Shown here piece after piece: positions 1 through 12,800 of a stretch of DNA of 64,000 nt. Positions within the stretch are counted from its first letter, which is position 1; every line of letters starts with the position of its first letter. The position numbers and the translations under genes are program-made. Origin of the DNA: Cyanophora paradoxa CCMP329 (lineage: Eukaryota > Plantae > Glaucophyta); assembly GCA_004431415.1 (NCBI GenBank), contig QPMI01000164.1:62001-126000 (forward strand). Direction: 5' to 3'. The notes beneath the pieces were generated by a model that saw only the letters and a list, made by a program, of their open reading frames with translations, ran no database searches and was not told the DNA's origin.

Positions 1-2834
1 GCGGGAACGCAGGATCAACATGCGGAAGGGGAGGCAGGGCGGCCCGCAGCAGACGGAGGGCGGCGGGCAGCCGCAGGCGCGCGGCTTCGAGCTCGCGGCC
101 TTCGCGATCGCCCGCTGCGTCGAGGTCTCCTGCGCGACGCCCAAGCACGTGCGCGCGAGAGCTCGCCGCCCGGCCCGGCGCTTTGCTTCGCACGGCCCCG
201 ACCGCGCTTGCGCAGCTCCGGACCACGCAAGACGCGAGGATCTTGTCAACCTTCTCAACCTTCCTCGACAGTCCGCACCTCAAGCTGCTCCCGTCGATGC
301 GATCGCGCGTCGCTGTTGACACTGGTCGCGATCGCCACGCGCGCCAGTTGTCGGCATGTCGAAGGCAGCCCGAGGGGTCCTTCAGCGTGCGCGGGAGCAC
401 GCCGTCGCGGTCGGCGACGACACGGTACGCTGCTCTAGACACGGTCGATGTCGAACCGAGTCGCCGAGCTGGCGCAGAGCCGCGCCTTCGTGGCGTCGCA
501 CACGGCGATGCAGGCGTGCCGCCACGGCCGCTTCCTCGAGGGCTGCGCCGAGTTCGAGGTCGTATTCTCGTGCGCGCGAGCTTGATTGCGATCACGGACG
601 CCTCGCGATCGGACTTGCCGCAGCGCTCGCGTCTCGCAATCGCGATCGCTGACGCGTACGGCCTCGTCTGCAGGCTCGAGGGAGCGAACCCGCGCATCAA
701 GCTGGACGCCGGCGTGATCTACGCCCTCACTTTCGTTCTACAGGCGCGCACTGCCCGGTCGTGTTTTGGCCGTCGACCTCGCAGCAAGCGCGATCCGACT
801 TCGCTGCCGTCCGCATGCGCAGGGCCAGTACGCGGCGGCGCGGAAGACGTGTGCCGAGCTCGTCGGCATCTCCGAGCACCTCGGGATCGATGGCCGCGGT
901 GCGGGGCAGATCCAGACGCGCTTGATTGTTACTTCGCTTGTCCGTTTCATTTGTTTCGAGATCGCTGACTCGGCTAGGCGCGCGCAGTGGTCCAAGTGGT
1001 GGCGCTGGTGGACGCCTCGACGGCGCTCCTCGAGGGGCGCGACGCCCACGCCGAGCACGTCCTTCGCTTCATCGAGCCGGTGAGCCCGATGCGCACCAAC
1101 TCGCAGTCGTGCACGTCACGGCGTGGCCTCGCGCCACTCGCGCGCGCGCGGCCGACGTCGACGCGAAGCGGATCCCTAACGTGAGCGATATGCGCGCGGC
1201 AGCTCGACGATTTCATACACCAGCAGGAATGGTGCGCCCTGACACGCTTTTGCAATCCCTCGCGCGAGCCTCTGTAAGATTGCTGACCCGCAATTCAGGT
1301 GGTACTACCGGTCTCTCGACATCTTCCGTGGCGTCTGCGCGTGGCGCGCCGGCGATGCAGCTGGAGCCGCCGCCAGCTTCGAGGGCGCCTTCGAGTGCTG
1401 GCGGGACGAGGCCAAGACCGTCACCTGGCCCGCCCTGCGTGCGCCCTGGCCCAGTATGCCATTCGCGCCGCCTTGCCACCCTGACACCTGAGGCCTACCT
1501 CTGGCCGCGACCAGTTTTGATATCGGTCCTCCTGGATTTCGCGCTCTGGTGGCAGTCCGACACGGCGGCAGCGCTCTCTGCCGCCCTCAGCACTGCCCGA
1601 CCGAGACCTCGAGCTCGCCTCGGGTCCGTGCTGTACCTGTCTCTCGGGTCGCTCGAGGGCCCCAACAAAATTAATCTCTCCACTTGTGCAGGGCCGTCGC
1701 GCGGCTGCGGGCGCTCGCGTGCGGCGGCTCGCCCCGGGCCTCCGTCTTTGATGGCGATCTCGAGGCGGAGCGGGCACACGCAGCCCGCGTCGTCGCACTC
1801 GACACGGTGCGGACCCGGACCCGGCCCATCACTTTCGTCCCGCCGCGAAGGCGCGTAGCTGACGCCGACGGGCCGCGCGCGATCAGGCCTCGAGCCTTTC
1901 CGCGGGCGCGCGGGCGCGACGGGCGTCGGCTGCGCGGCTCTCCGACGTGGACCAGGGCTCCTCCTCCGACGTCGACGCCTTCACCGTCCTCGTGCGTCCG
2001 GAGCCTGGCCATGGCATGGGCCTCTGAAGCGGGCTCGGCAAGCTTAAGCCGGGGAAGACGGCCGGCGGGGCCGGCGCCTGCAGCTCCGGCTAATGTGCGG
2101 GCATGCGCAGGAGCGGGCGGCGGGTGGGCGCCTCTCGAGGACGCCCCGCGCGGCCTCGGTGCTGTCGACGTCGCGCCGCGGCAGCCTCTCGTGGCACGGG
2201 CCCTCGTCCTCGTCCCTCCCGCCCCCGCCCGCGGCCGGCCGCCCCTCGCAGCCCCCCGCGGCCTCAGGCCGTCGCTTCTCCCTCCTCCGCCTGCGCCGCC
2301 CGCCGCCCGGGGCCCCGGGGGCGACGCCGTCGCCATCGACGTCGAGGCGCTGGCCGGCGAGGCGAAGCAGGCCGCCGCCTTCCTCCGCGAGGTGCCCCGG
2401 GCCCCCTCCGTCACGGCGTCCTCGCGTGGCGTCGCTCGCTTCGATCGAGTTCGCCCGTGTCCCCGGCGCAGCTCGGGTCCCTGCTCGAGGAGACGTGCCG
2501 CCGGCGCCTCCCGAACCTGGCGCCCTGCTGCGACCTGCTCCGCGCGCAGCGCCCCGGCGTGCCCCGCGCGCGCCGCCTGGCCTCGCTGCGCGCCGCCCGC
2601 GACGGCTTCGCGGCCGGCGGCCTGCGGCCGTTCGAGGCGCTCGCCTGCATGCAGCTGGCGCGGGCCGAGGCGGACGGCGAGGCGGCCAGCGCCGCGCTCG
2701 ACGCCGCCTGGCGGATCGCCGACGAGACGCACACGGTCATCCCCGCCCTCGAGCGGCTCCTCGCCGACGGCGCCGAGGCCGCGGCCGCCCCCGCCCCGCC
2801 CTGCCGCGAGAGTTACTCTTCTCTCTTCGTGTGA
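1..2834 (+). CDS. Multi-exon hypothetical protein, 5' end outside the window, helical-repeat-like
   Basis: Protein-like segments separated by short intron-like stretches: ...ARILSTFSTFLDSPHLKLL..., RSRLAIAIADAYGLVCRLEGANPRIKLDAGVIYALTFVLQ, GQYAAARKTCAELVGISEHLG, VVQVVALVDASTALLEGRDAHAEHVLRFIEP, ...FEALACMQLARAEADGEAASAALDAAWRIADETHTVIPALERLL. No family recognised and exon structure not fully resolved. Confidence 0.45.
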
Positions 2835-3526
2835 ACTCCCCTCGAAAGCGTTTGTACCCATAAGAGACCATATATAGAACTCGGAAGTTGCTTCGGGGCA
2901 GAGTCATGTGCCACGGCCGCGGTGGTAAATTTCTATTAAGCGCGGGCCGGGGCATGCACAGCAAGTATGGGCATGGCCGCCGGGCGGCTAGCTATATATA
3001 TAGTTGGCGGCGGGGCCCGGGGCCGGGCACACCTCGAAGCTTGGCACCGGTACCCTTGCAAATTGATGAATTCGAATCAAGCCGAACCAAATTAAAGAAC
3101 GAGCAAAACAATTTGCAACGTGGGGAAAGCAACCTGAGTCGGGGCTACCGGTACATGGTCGACGTCGACGTCTACAACGTTAACTCATGAACACCGGCCC
3201 GGCGGACCTGAAGAAGTCCACATGTACAGTCCAATTGCGGCCCCCTGCGTCGGACTTCGAATTCCACGCCAGCATCCGGACTGGTGGGCCCAAGAATTTG
3301 AATTGCAAGCTAGGGCTCCGGCGACTTTGATCATTAGGATTTCCGGATCCCACCCGCGCGCGCCGTAGATCTCAGAGTCTAGTGCGACGAATGATCAAAT
3401 CTAGACCGGTACCGCGCCGAGAACTTCGAATGGGTGCGCGCCGCGCCGAACGTCGTTCAAGAATTGTCACACAGACCTGTACATGTAGTTCGAATTCGCC
3501 GTCGTTTGCATTTCGAATTCGACTAG

Positions 3527-3830
3527 CCGCGGCCGCGGGCGCCTGCCGGCGCTGCTGGCGTCGGGGGCGCCCGGGGCGCGGGGGGCGCTGGAGACGGTGC
3601 GCGCGTACGTCGCCAACGCCCTTCAGCGCCCCGGCGAGGCCCGCTGCCGCCGCATCCCCACTGGGCCACCTCCAGGTACCCCCGGTCCCGCCCCGCCCCG
3701 CCCCGGGATCCGACGCGGGGCGGGGCGGGGGCAGCGCGGGGTACTCGCAGCGGGTGGCGCCGTACCCCGGGGCGGTGGAGGTGCTGCGGGCGGCCGGCTT
3801 CGGGGAGGAGGGCGGGGCCGGGGCCGGTGG
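3527..3830 (+). pseudogene. PUB (PNGase/UBA/UBX) domain-coding segment, apparently frameshifted
   Basis: ALETVRAYVANALQRPGEARCRRI followed by SAGYSQRVAPYPGAVEVLRAAGFGEE matches the PUB consensus (L..Y..N....P...KYRRI..N..F..RV....GA..L...GF). There is a GT-AG intron at 3676-3734, but the two halves only join if ~8 nt around 3657-3664 are removed. Confidence 0.55.
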
Positions 3831-4899
3831 GGGCGGCCCGGGCAGGGCGAAGCCCGGGGCGGCAATTGCAAGCAGGGCGAAGCCCCCATCGCAAATATAT
3901 AGAAGGTTTTCAGTGGAGTAGGGTGGAGTGGAGGCCCTGAAGAGGCCCAAGAGCTAGCTATAGGATGGGGGCTCGTGGAGGAGGCCCGGGGAGCTCGAGG
4001 GACAGGGAGGCCCGGGAGGTGGAGCCGGAGCCAGGAGGAGCTAGCGCTGGGATGGGGTCCGCGAGACGGAGGCGGAGCGGCGCCGGGGCCCGGAGGAGTC
4101 GAAGGGCCGGCGACGGGGCCGGGCGGCGGGGCCGGGGCGAGGGCGGCGTCGAGGGCGGCGAGGGCGAGCCAGAGCAGGCCGGGGTCCGCCGAGCGCAGCG
4201 CCAGCGCCCCCGCCCCGGGCCGGGGGTCGCAGGTCAGCGCAGGCCTAGGGCTTGGGGCCCCGTACGTGCACGCTGAGGGCTCGAATTATAATTAAGCGTC
4301 CGACGGTCAGCTCATGATCATGATATCGATCAGCATGCGCATGCATCTTGCCTGCCAGGCTACTAGGCTAGGCTGCCAGCTGCAGGCTGACTGCCCAACG
4401 GTATTGCCGTACGAATCTGATTTATTCCAAGTTCCGAAGCCTTCCGCCTGCAGGCTGCCTCTTGCCTTCCCAAAAGTTGCAGCAGATTTAATTCCGAATA
4501 TTAATTCGAATTCGAAGAGACAGAGTCCCAGTGACAGCAGATTTAATTCCGAGCTTGATGTCAAGTCCCCGAAGCCCGTGCACATGCCTTGAAGCCCCGA
4601 AGCATTGCTGCCAAACTGCCAATTTTGCAAGCTTGAATCGGCGGCTGAAAGGAGAATAAAGGGCCGCGGGGCCCCGTGCGCCTGGCGGCCCCTCCGCCTT
4701 CCAGGCAATAACAGATCTCAAGATGAGACCGGAGGCGTGGACCCTCGCAACTGGAATTCTTTCGCAAATTTGATCATGTATATATCGCTGATCATGACTC
4801 ATGATCATGATCAGCGAGTGATCATTGGGTCTGACGGTCGAGCAAATGCGGGTCGCGGCCCGGCCGCGCGTAGGGTGGCCGTGGAAAGGGGGACGGCTC

Positions 4900-7800
4900 G
4901 CGCGATCGCTCAGGCGAAGGAGATGCCGGGGGGCTTGTAGGGCCGCGTGGGCCGCCGCGGGGCCTGCGGCGGGGCGGGCGAGGACGAGGAGAAGGAGGCG
5001 GGCCCGCCCGCGGCCGCCCCCTCGGGGGTACCGGTGGCGGGGGAGGCCGGAAGCTGCAGTGCCGGCAACGAGCTCGCGCTCGAGCCGCTGCAGGGCCCGG
5101 GGCCCTCGGCGGGGCTCGCCGGACCCGCCGCCCGCTCCGCACGCGCCGGCGTCGAGGAGCTCGAGGCAGCGCCCGCGGCGGCGCCGGTTGCGGCCGCGGG
5201 AGGGGAGGGCCCGGCGAATTCGAAGGGGGCGCCGCACAGGGGGCACCCAGCGGCGTGCTTCTCCGCCCGCCACGTCGCGATGCACCTCCCGTGGAACTCG
5301 AAGCGGTCTGCGAAGGCGTCCGACGGTCAGCGGCTCCGGGCGGCGATTGGGAAACCAGGGCAAAGTAAAGTGCGTGGCGCACGGCGGCAGGTGAGGGCGG
5401 CGGCGGGCGGGCCGGCGGAGAGGGGTTCGAAGCAGATGGCGCACTCGGCGTCCGCGGGGGCCGCCGCGGGCCGGTACTTGCCAAGGAGGGTGAGATGTTA
5501 AAGAAAGGCAAATTAAAAATGGGCAAGCAGCGATCCGATCTCGCGCATGCGCACCGGCAGACGCCCTTCCCGTGCTGCTTCTCCTGCTTCTGGCTCCGCT
5601 GCAGCCCCGGATCCTCGCGCCGTCGCTGCCCCGCGGCCAGCCGGCGCTCCTGCTCCCGCCGGCGCGCCTCTCGCTGCTCCTCCAGCCGGCGCTGCTCGTT
5701 AGCGCGCGCCGCCTCCTCCCGCCGACGTGCCTCCTCGCGCTGCCGCTCGGCCTCAGTCGCCTGGCGCCGCTCCTCCTGCAGACGCTCCTCCTCCCGCCGC
5801 TGCTCCTCCTCGAGCTCCCGCCGGCGCGCCTCCGTGCGCTCCTGCTCCTCCCGCTGCCGCTGCTCCCGCTCGCGTCGCTCCTCCTGCGCCCGCCGCCGCG
5901 CCGCCTCCTCCGCCCGCACCTTCGCCTCCTCGCGCCGCCGCTGCTCCGCCGCGACGTGGCGCCGTAGCTCCTGCACCCTGACGCCAACCTTAGAGCCCGC
6001 TAATGCATTCAACAGGGCTGCCGGGGCGCACCGGCGGAGGGCGTGGGCGTTCGCGCCCGTCTCGACGGCAATAAGATGGTGCTCCAGCTTGTCAGCCTGC
6101 TGCGCGGCCGCCTCCAGCTCACCCGCCCCCGCCATGCACTCTGACGCGGCCGCGGCGTCAGCAATCCCCGACAAGCCGGGAATTTTCGAAAGCGGCTGCG
6201 GGCGAGCTCACGGGCGCACCGATGCGGAGCAGGCGAGCCTCGAAGTCGTCCGGCGAGCGCTGCGCGGCCGTCAAAAAAGTTAACTGAGTCGAGGGCGTCA
6301 CGCTTATATTCAAAGCGCTAGCAACCGATCGCGAACCTTGAGCAGGGCGTCGAGGACCTTCCGGGCGGGGGCCCACTGCGAGCCCTCCACATGCATTCGA
6401 GCCGCCTCCTGCCGAACGGCTCAGTGCATGCCAGAGGGCGGGTGGCGCACGTGCATAAAAGCGCGCACGCGGTCGGCGGAGTCGCGGGCAGCGCGCTCGG
6501 CGCGCTCGGCGCGCTCGGCCTCCTGCCGCATCTGCTCGCGCTCCTCCTCCGCCCGCCGCCGCTCCTCCCGCTCTCGCTTGCGCTCCTTCAGCTTGCGACA
6601 GGTGCTGGCGACGCGGGTGTTAATTTTGCTGCGCGACTCGTGCGCACATGCGCAAAGTTGGCTGCAGCAGTTGGCCCTCGAGCTCACCTGCATCCGCATT
6701 CGCAGCAGACGTACGTAAACTGCTCCGGATATCGGTTCTCTTCAACGTGCGTCTGCCTCTCCGGATCCAGCTCTCGCCTGTGCCGCGGGCTCCGCTCCAC
6801 CGACTCGTTCGAGGTGCGCACATGCATGCCAGCCTCGTGCTCGCGGAGAGCGCGAATCTGTCGGGCGGTGCGCTGCTGTGGCCATATATATAGCTCAATA
6901 TATAGACGGAAGGATCCGGAGCAACCACTGCCGCAATCGGCACGCTGGGCGGCGGCTGCCTGTTCACGCGCGTCCACTCCAGAACGGCCTGCGATCGCAA
7001 GGCTCCCTCAATTAATATTTCGCGACGTCGGCGAATATCGATGTTGGGCTGATAGAAGCGGGCACGAGCCTTAAAAAAGGCTTTGGCAGGTTCGGCGTGC
7101 GGGGCCTTTTCGAAGGCCGCCCAGAGCTTTGAAAGATAGTCTCCGAGCTTTGGGCTGGTGGGATCCAATTGCAAGGCCGCCTCGAGAATATTCCACGCGC
7201 GCTGCGGATCCCGGAAAATCGAATGACGAGATCTAAGAATTAAACGCCGTCCCGCGAGGCATCGGGCAAGGGACGCGTCGCACGCAGGCGGAAGGCTCGG
7301 CGAGGCCGGGTGCGTTAACGTTAACGTTGCAATCGAGTTGGAGGCGGGCGAAAAGGGCGAGGGCGGAGCCGACGCGCAAGTGCGTCGGGCCCAGCCGCCG
7401 CTCGGTCTCCGACACGAGCCGCTGTGCATGCGAGGTGCGTCGGCGATCGAGAGACGGAGGCAGAGTTTCAAGTTTAATTTGACGTATATATGCAATTGGC
7501 CGTCTAGAGACGGCGGGTGCACCTCAGCGGCGGCGACGGCGGCCGAGTAGTCGCCCTGGGAGATGCACGCGAGAGCGATGCCCATCACAACGGTCTCGAC
7601 ATCGCCACGCTCGAAGCAGCCGGCGCACGTCCGCTCCGCAATCGGTAAGGCCATCTACAAAGTGGTGTAATTTTAAATTAAAGCGCGCGGAATTCGAATA
7701 GAAGGGTGGGCCGGGTTGGTGCCAAAATCGAATTCGAAGCTGTATATATGTAAATATAGGGGGCACCTGACCGATTTCGAGGGTGCGCTGGAGGCGCCTC

Positions 7801-9315
7801 GCGCTGACGTGGCGGCTGGCGAGGAAGTTGAGTTTCGGGACGACGGGCAGCTCGCAGCAGCTTCCGGCGATCCGCCCCTCGCATCCGGCCTCCCGCTCGT
7901 GCGCGAAGGCCGCCTGGGCAAGGGTGACGACATCGACCGAGAATAGATATCATTAGTCTTGCATGCGCCTCTGACGGGCGGGATACCGCAGCACCTTGAA
8001 AACAGCCTCGGCGCGCTCGTAGTCCCCCATCTCGTGCAGGCAGACGCCCAGCCTGTACTCCGTCTCGGTCGTCGTCTCGTGCAGGGGCCCCAGGCGCTCC
8101 CACCGGAACGAGAGCGCCCACTGCGGAGAACGCACGCGTGGGTTAAATTTAAAACGCCAAGCAAGAGGCGGCGCTATTACGGCGCACGGGGCGCGAAATT
8201 AAAGGGGATGTCGACGTACAAGGAGAGCTCGCTTTTCGTCACAAAAGTCTGCTTTTCGACGATACAGTGCGCCCAGGGCCTCGGCGTGTTCCCCGAGGGC
8301 GCCGGGCTCGGTCGCCGCCCGCAGCCGCGAATCTTCTGCGTACAGCTCCAGCGCCAGCTGCACATGCGTATGCGCGTGCGGACCAGGGTGCCGATGACGG
8401 GGCCGCGTGAGAGGGGGAGGAGGAGGGGGAGGGGGGGAAGGGGGGGGAGGGAGGGAGGGAGGGGAGGGGGGCCGGGTGCGGCGGGGAGGCACCTCGTAGT
8501 GCGTGATGGCCGCATCGCAGTTGTCGAGCTCGAAGTAATTATAAAGGCGGCCAAGATGGATCGCGCAGGCGGCGCTCAGGGCATGCTTCTGCCCGAGGGT
8601 CTGGGAGAACTTGTCCACGAGATGCTGCACGATCGCGAGGTTGTTGGCGAGGAAACGAGAGGGCGTGCTAAGGCTGGACCCGCGCGCGGCCCATGGCCAC
8701 CTTGATGTCCGCGATGTACTGGCGGAGCTCCGCTTGGCAAGATGTGATCGCGGAAGGAAAATCGCGCTGGAGGGCGAAGACGAGCTCCTTGCACCCGGCG
8801 CAGACAGCGGAGCTCGAGCACCTGCAGAAGAAACCTTCCCGAACGCGCACGTGGTGAATCTTCGCACACAAAACGAGATCCCGCTGATGCCCATGGCCAT
8901 CGAGTAAGCCATGGAGCAACGGTGGAACTTCAATGAAGGCCGCTCTAGATTTGTCCGAGGCCGAGAACTCGAGCTTTGACTGCAGCCGCGTATACGTAGG
9001 CAGCTGCAGCTGTGGATTAAAATATTCATCTGCAGCTGTCGCCTCCCCGGCCGCGGCCTGCGCGAGCGCGTACGAAGCCTGATTTTAAATTTGAGTCCGC
9101 CGCGCGCATATGCATGCAAACGGGCTTCGAATAGGAAATTCATCTCGCACCGCTTTCCCAGCAAAGTGAGAGGTTTCAGAGAACGCTCTACAAATTTTCT
9201 CCGCTGCGCATGCTGCGGCAACGGCTGCGTTGCAGCTGAATTCGGGCACATTTGCTTCCTCGTTGAATTCGGGCCCTCCGTCCCGCACGAAAACATGGAA
9301 CACCGCTTGCGACAT
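4900..9315 (-). CDS. TPR / coiled-coil / RING-H2 protein, array copy 1 (CCCH finger degenerate; C-terminus runs into non-homologous sequence)
   Basis: Spliced: MSQAVFHVFVRDGG..., FFCRCSSSAVCAGCKELVF, LGQKHALSAACAIHLGRLY, RLGPLHETTTETEYRLGVCLHEMGDYERAEAVFK, WAPARKVLDALLK|RSPDDFEARLLRI|ECMAGAGELEAA (TPR), an E/R-rich coiled coil, then CAICFEPL...HRFEFHGRCIATW...CPLC. Confidence 0.75.
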
Positions 9316-9806
9316 TCAAGTTTAATTTGCGCCTCGAACCGCGCGCGCGCGGAGGCCTTGCTTCCTGCGCCCGCACATTCTCCAGCGTAAGATCTAGATC
9401 TTCACCTCGCATGCGCACCTCGAAGTTCGCCGAGCTGGCACCTCGAGCTCGAAGACTCGCTGATCGATATCTTGCGTGTGGACCGCGCTCGCTGAGGGAC
9501 GAGCGCGGTAACGTTAACGTTGACGTAACCCGAATCAGAGAACGTGCAATGTCAGAGCTCGAGGGAATCGAAGGCCTCATGATCAGTCTGGGAATTTTAG
9601 AGGGGGAATTTCGGAAGGAATATAAATGAAGATCCAGAGCTCGAGGGGAAACGTATACGTAGGCCTGGCCATGGGCCGGGGGAGCGACCGGAATCACGAA
9701 AGGCCAAAAGGTTAATCGCGAGAATTCAACTGTTCCAATTTTTGCAAACGAGGGGCCAACTGGCCATGGCCGGTGCGGCTGAGGTAGAAGTGGGTTAGAA
9801 CCATAG

Positions 9807-12800
9807 CTAGTGGGTAGGCTCGCTCAGGCGAAAGAGATGCCGGGGGGCTGGTAGGGCCGCGTGGGCCGCCGGGGGGCCTGCGGCGGGGCGGGCGGGGCGG
9901 AGAGAGGGGAGGCGGGGCCGCCTGCCGTCCCGGGGGCCGGCTGCAGCGCCGGGGTCGGCTGCAGCGCCGGCGGAGAGCTCGCGCTCGAGCTCGAGGCGCC
10001 GGAGGAGCCCTCCGCGGGGCTCGCCGGACCCACCGCGCGCTCGGCCCGCGCCGGCGCCGGCGTCGAGGGGCGGCCCCACGGCGGCCCCCGCCGTGGGGGA
10101 GGATCTGGAGGGCCCGGCGAAGGGGGCGCCGCACAGGGGGCAGCCGTCGGCGAGCGGGCCCGCCCGCCACGCCTCGATGCACGCGCCGTGGAACTCGGAG
10201 CGGTCTGCGAGGGGCGTCGACGTCGGGCGGCGGCGCGGGGCGCGCGCGGGAAGGGCGGGGCGCACGGCGGCAGGCGAGGGCGGAGGCGGCTGGCGGGCCG
10301 GCGGCGAGGGGCTCGAGGCAGATGACGCACTCGGCCGGTGCCTGCTGCGCTGCTGCGGGCGCCGCCTCGAAGCCGTCGGCCGCCTCGTGCCGGTACCTGC
10401 AGCCGCGATCGCGACTCGGCGATCGCGAGTGAGATAAAAGCGAGTTCAACTAGCCCGTCGCACCGACAGCGCGCGCCGACTCGGCAGGCGCCCTTCGCGA
10501 ACAATCGGCAAGGGGCGGGTTGCCGCCGCCGCCGCCCAGAGCCGGCCGCGGGGTCAGCATGCGCATCAGTGGGGGCCGCCGCGAAGCTGCCGCGACCGGC
10601 CGCAGCCGCCTCGTGCCGGTACCTGCCTCGCGGGGTGAGAAAGAAGAACACGAAATTAAAGAGTCGTGCCCCGGCCGGGGCCCGGCATCCGCACCGGCAC
10701 TGCGCGCCTTCGCGGCAGGCGCCCTTTGCGAAGAAGCGGCACGGGACGGCGTGCGCCCCGTGCTTCCGCTGCCGCAGCTCCTCGCGCCGCCGCTGCTCCT
10801 GATCCGCAGCCAGCCGGCGCTCCTGCTCCCGCCGGCGTTCCTGTTGCTGCTGCAGCTGCTCCAGCCTCCGCTGCTCTTTCGTGCGCACCGCCTCCTCCCG
10901 CCGGCGCGCCTCCTCGCGCTGCCGCTCGACCTCGGCCGCCTGGAGCCGCTCCTCCTCCCGCCGCTCCTCCTCTCGCCGCTGCTCCTCTTCCTGCTCCCGC
11001 CGCCGCGCCTCCTCCCGCCCGCGCGCCGCCTTGCTCTGCCTCTCTGCCTCGACCGCCTGTCGTCGCTCCTCCCGCCGCCGGTCCTTGTCCCGCTGCAGCT
11101 CCGCCCGCCGCTCCTGCTCGCGCCGACGCTCCTCTTCCCGCGGCCTCGCTTCCTCCTCCGCCCGCCGCTTCGCCTCCTCGCGCCGCTGCTGGTCTTCTTC
11201 CTGCTTCCGCCGGCGCGCCTCCTTCTGCTGCAGCTGCAGCTGCTCTACCTGCTGCCGCGTCTCCACTGCCCGCCTCGCGCGCATGCGAAACGCCTTCGCC
11301 GTCTCCCCGAGCGACTCTGCAAGAGAGCAGAGCGTCTCCTCCAAACTGTCGCTGCCCTCAGACCCCGCGGCCGCCAACGCGTGCACCAGCACGCACCGGC
11401 GGTAGTCGTCATACTCCGTCTTCGGAATGCATCGCGATCGGAGTGCGCGTGCACGTGCATCCGCGGGCAGTAAGGCAGTGAACTCGCGCTCCATCCTTTC
11501 GGCCTCCAGCGCGGCTTCCTCCAGTTCGCCCACGCCCGCAATGCAGTCTGCCGCCGCGTCAGCGAGGGACGACGGGGTCAGAAAAGCGGGGCGCGGGGCG
11601 GACAGATGCGGAGCATGCGAGCGTCAACGTTGTTTGGCGACCGCTACGAGGCTGTCAGAGATCTAGATGGCATGCACGACGGCATGCACGACGCGACGCT
11701 GATGACCTTCATGATCATAAGAGTGTCGAGGAGCGGGCGGGCGGGGCAAGTAAGTATTCTTATTATAAAATAATTTAAAAAACTAGAGGCTGTCAGATCT
11801 AGATCTAGAGTTAGATTTAAAAACTAGAGGCTGTCAGATCTAGATCTAGAGTTAGATTTGTAGTGGCGGAGTTGAGAACCTCGAGCAGGGCTTCGAGGAG
11901 CGGGCGGGCGCGGGCCCACTGCGAGCCCTCCACGTGCTTCCGAGCCGCCTCCTGCCGTACGGCTGAGTGCATGCCAGAGAGCGGGTGGCGCACGGGCATA
12001 TATAAAAGTACGCACGAGGTCCGCGGCGTCGCAGGCGGCGCGCTCATGATCAGCGCGCTCGGCCTCCCGCCGCACCCGCTCGCGCTCCTCCTCCGGATCC
12101 GCCCGCCGCCGCTCCTCCCGCTCCCGCTTGCGCTCCTCCACACTGCTGGCGAGCGCACAACGCATTAAATTATTGCCTGCAGCTGGTTCGAGCCTGGACT
12201 GGGCACGCCTGGGCGATTCTTGCGCCCGCTTATGCTCCTCCGGCCCCCCGAGAGGCTGCTCACTCTCCGCCCGCTTCGAGGTCAGCTCCGCCCGCGTCTG
12301 CTCCTCCTTTGCCAGCTCCGTTGGCTTCCGCTCCGGATCCTCTGCCTCGTTCGAGGCACAGCTGCAGGACTCGAGCCCTCGGAGAGCGCGAATCTGTCGG
12401 GCGGTGGTGATGAGTGATAGCTGCGGTTGGTGACAAGCAATTTGATTAAAGGCGAAAAGTGGCCACCACGGCCGCGATCGGCACGCCCTGCGGCGGCTGC
12501 CTGTTCACGCGCGTCCAATTTAGAGCAGCCTGCGAAACGCCTTCATGATCAGCTTCTTGACGCATGCAGGGCACGTGCACAGATGCATATGCCGACGCGC
12601 CTTGAAAAATGCTTTGGAAGCCGCGCGGTCGAGGTGAGGGGCCTTCGAATTAGCGAAGACATTCCAAAGTGCAGGAAAGAAATCCGCCAGCTCCGGGCTA
12701 GGGGGGCCCGACTGCAAGGCCGTCTCGAGAATATCCCACGCGCGCTGCATGCACAGAGCATTAACACATGAGATCTAGAGTTGCGCGGGGCGCAGCAAGG

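Noticed and set aside
6421-6423. In-frame TGA after GMH in all four array copies (selenocysteine or readthrough?)
   Set aside because: It lies in the CTGAG branch-point motif of a conserved intron ending CGGCAG.
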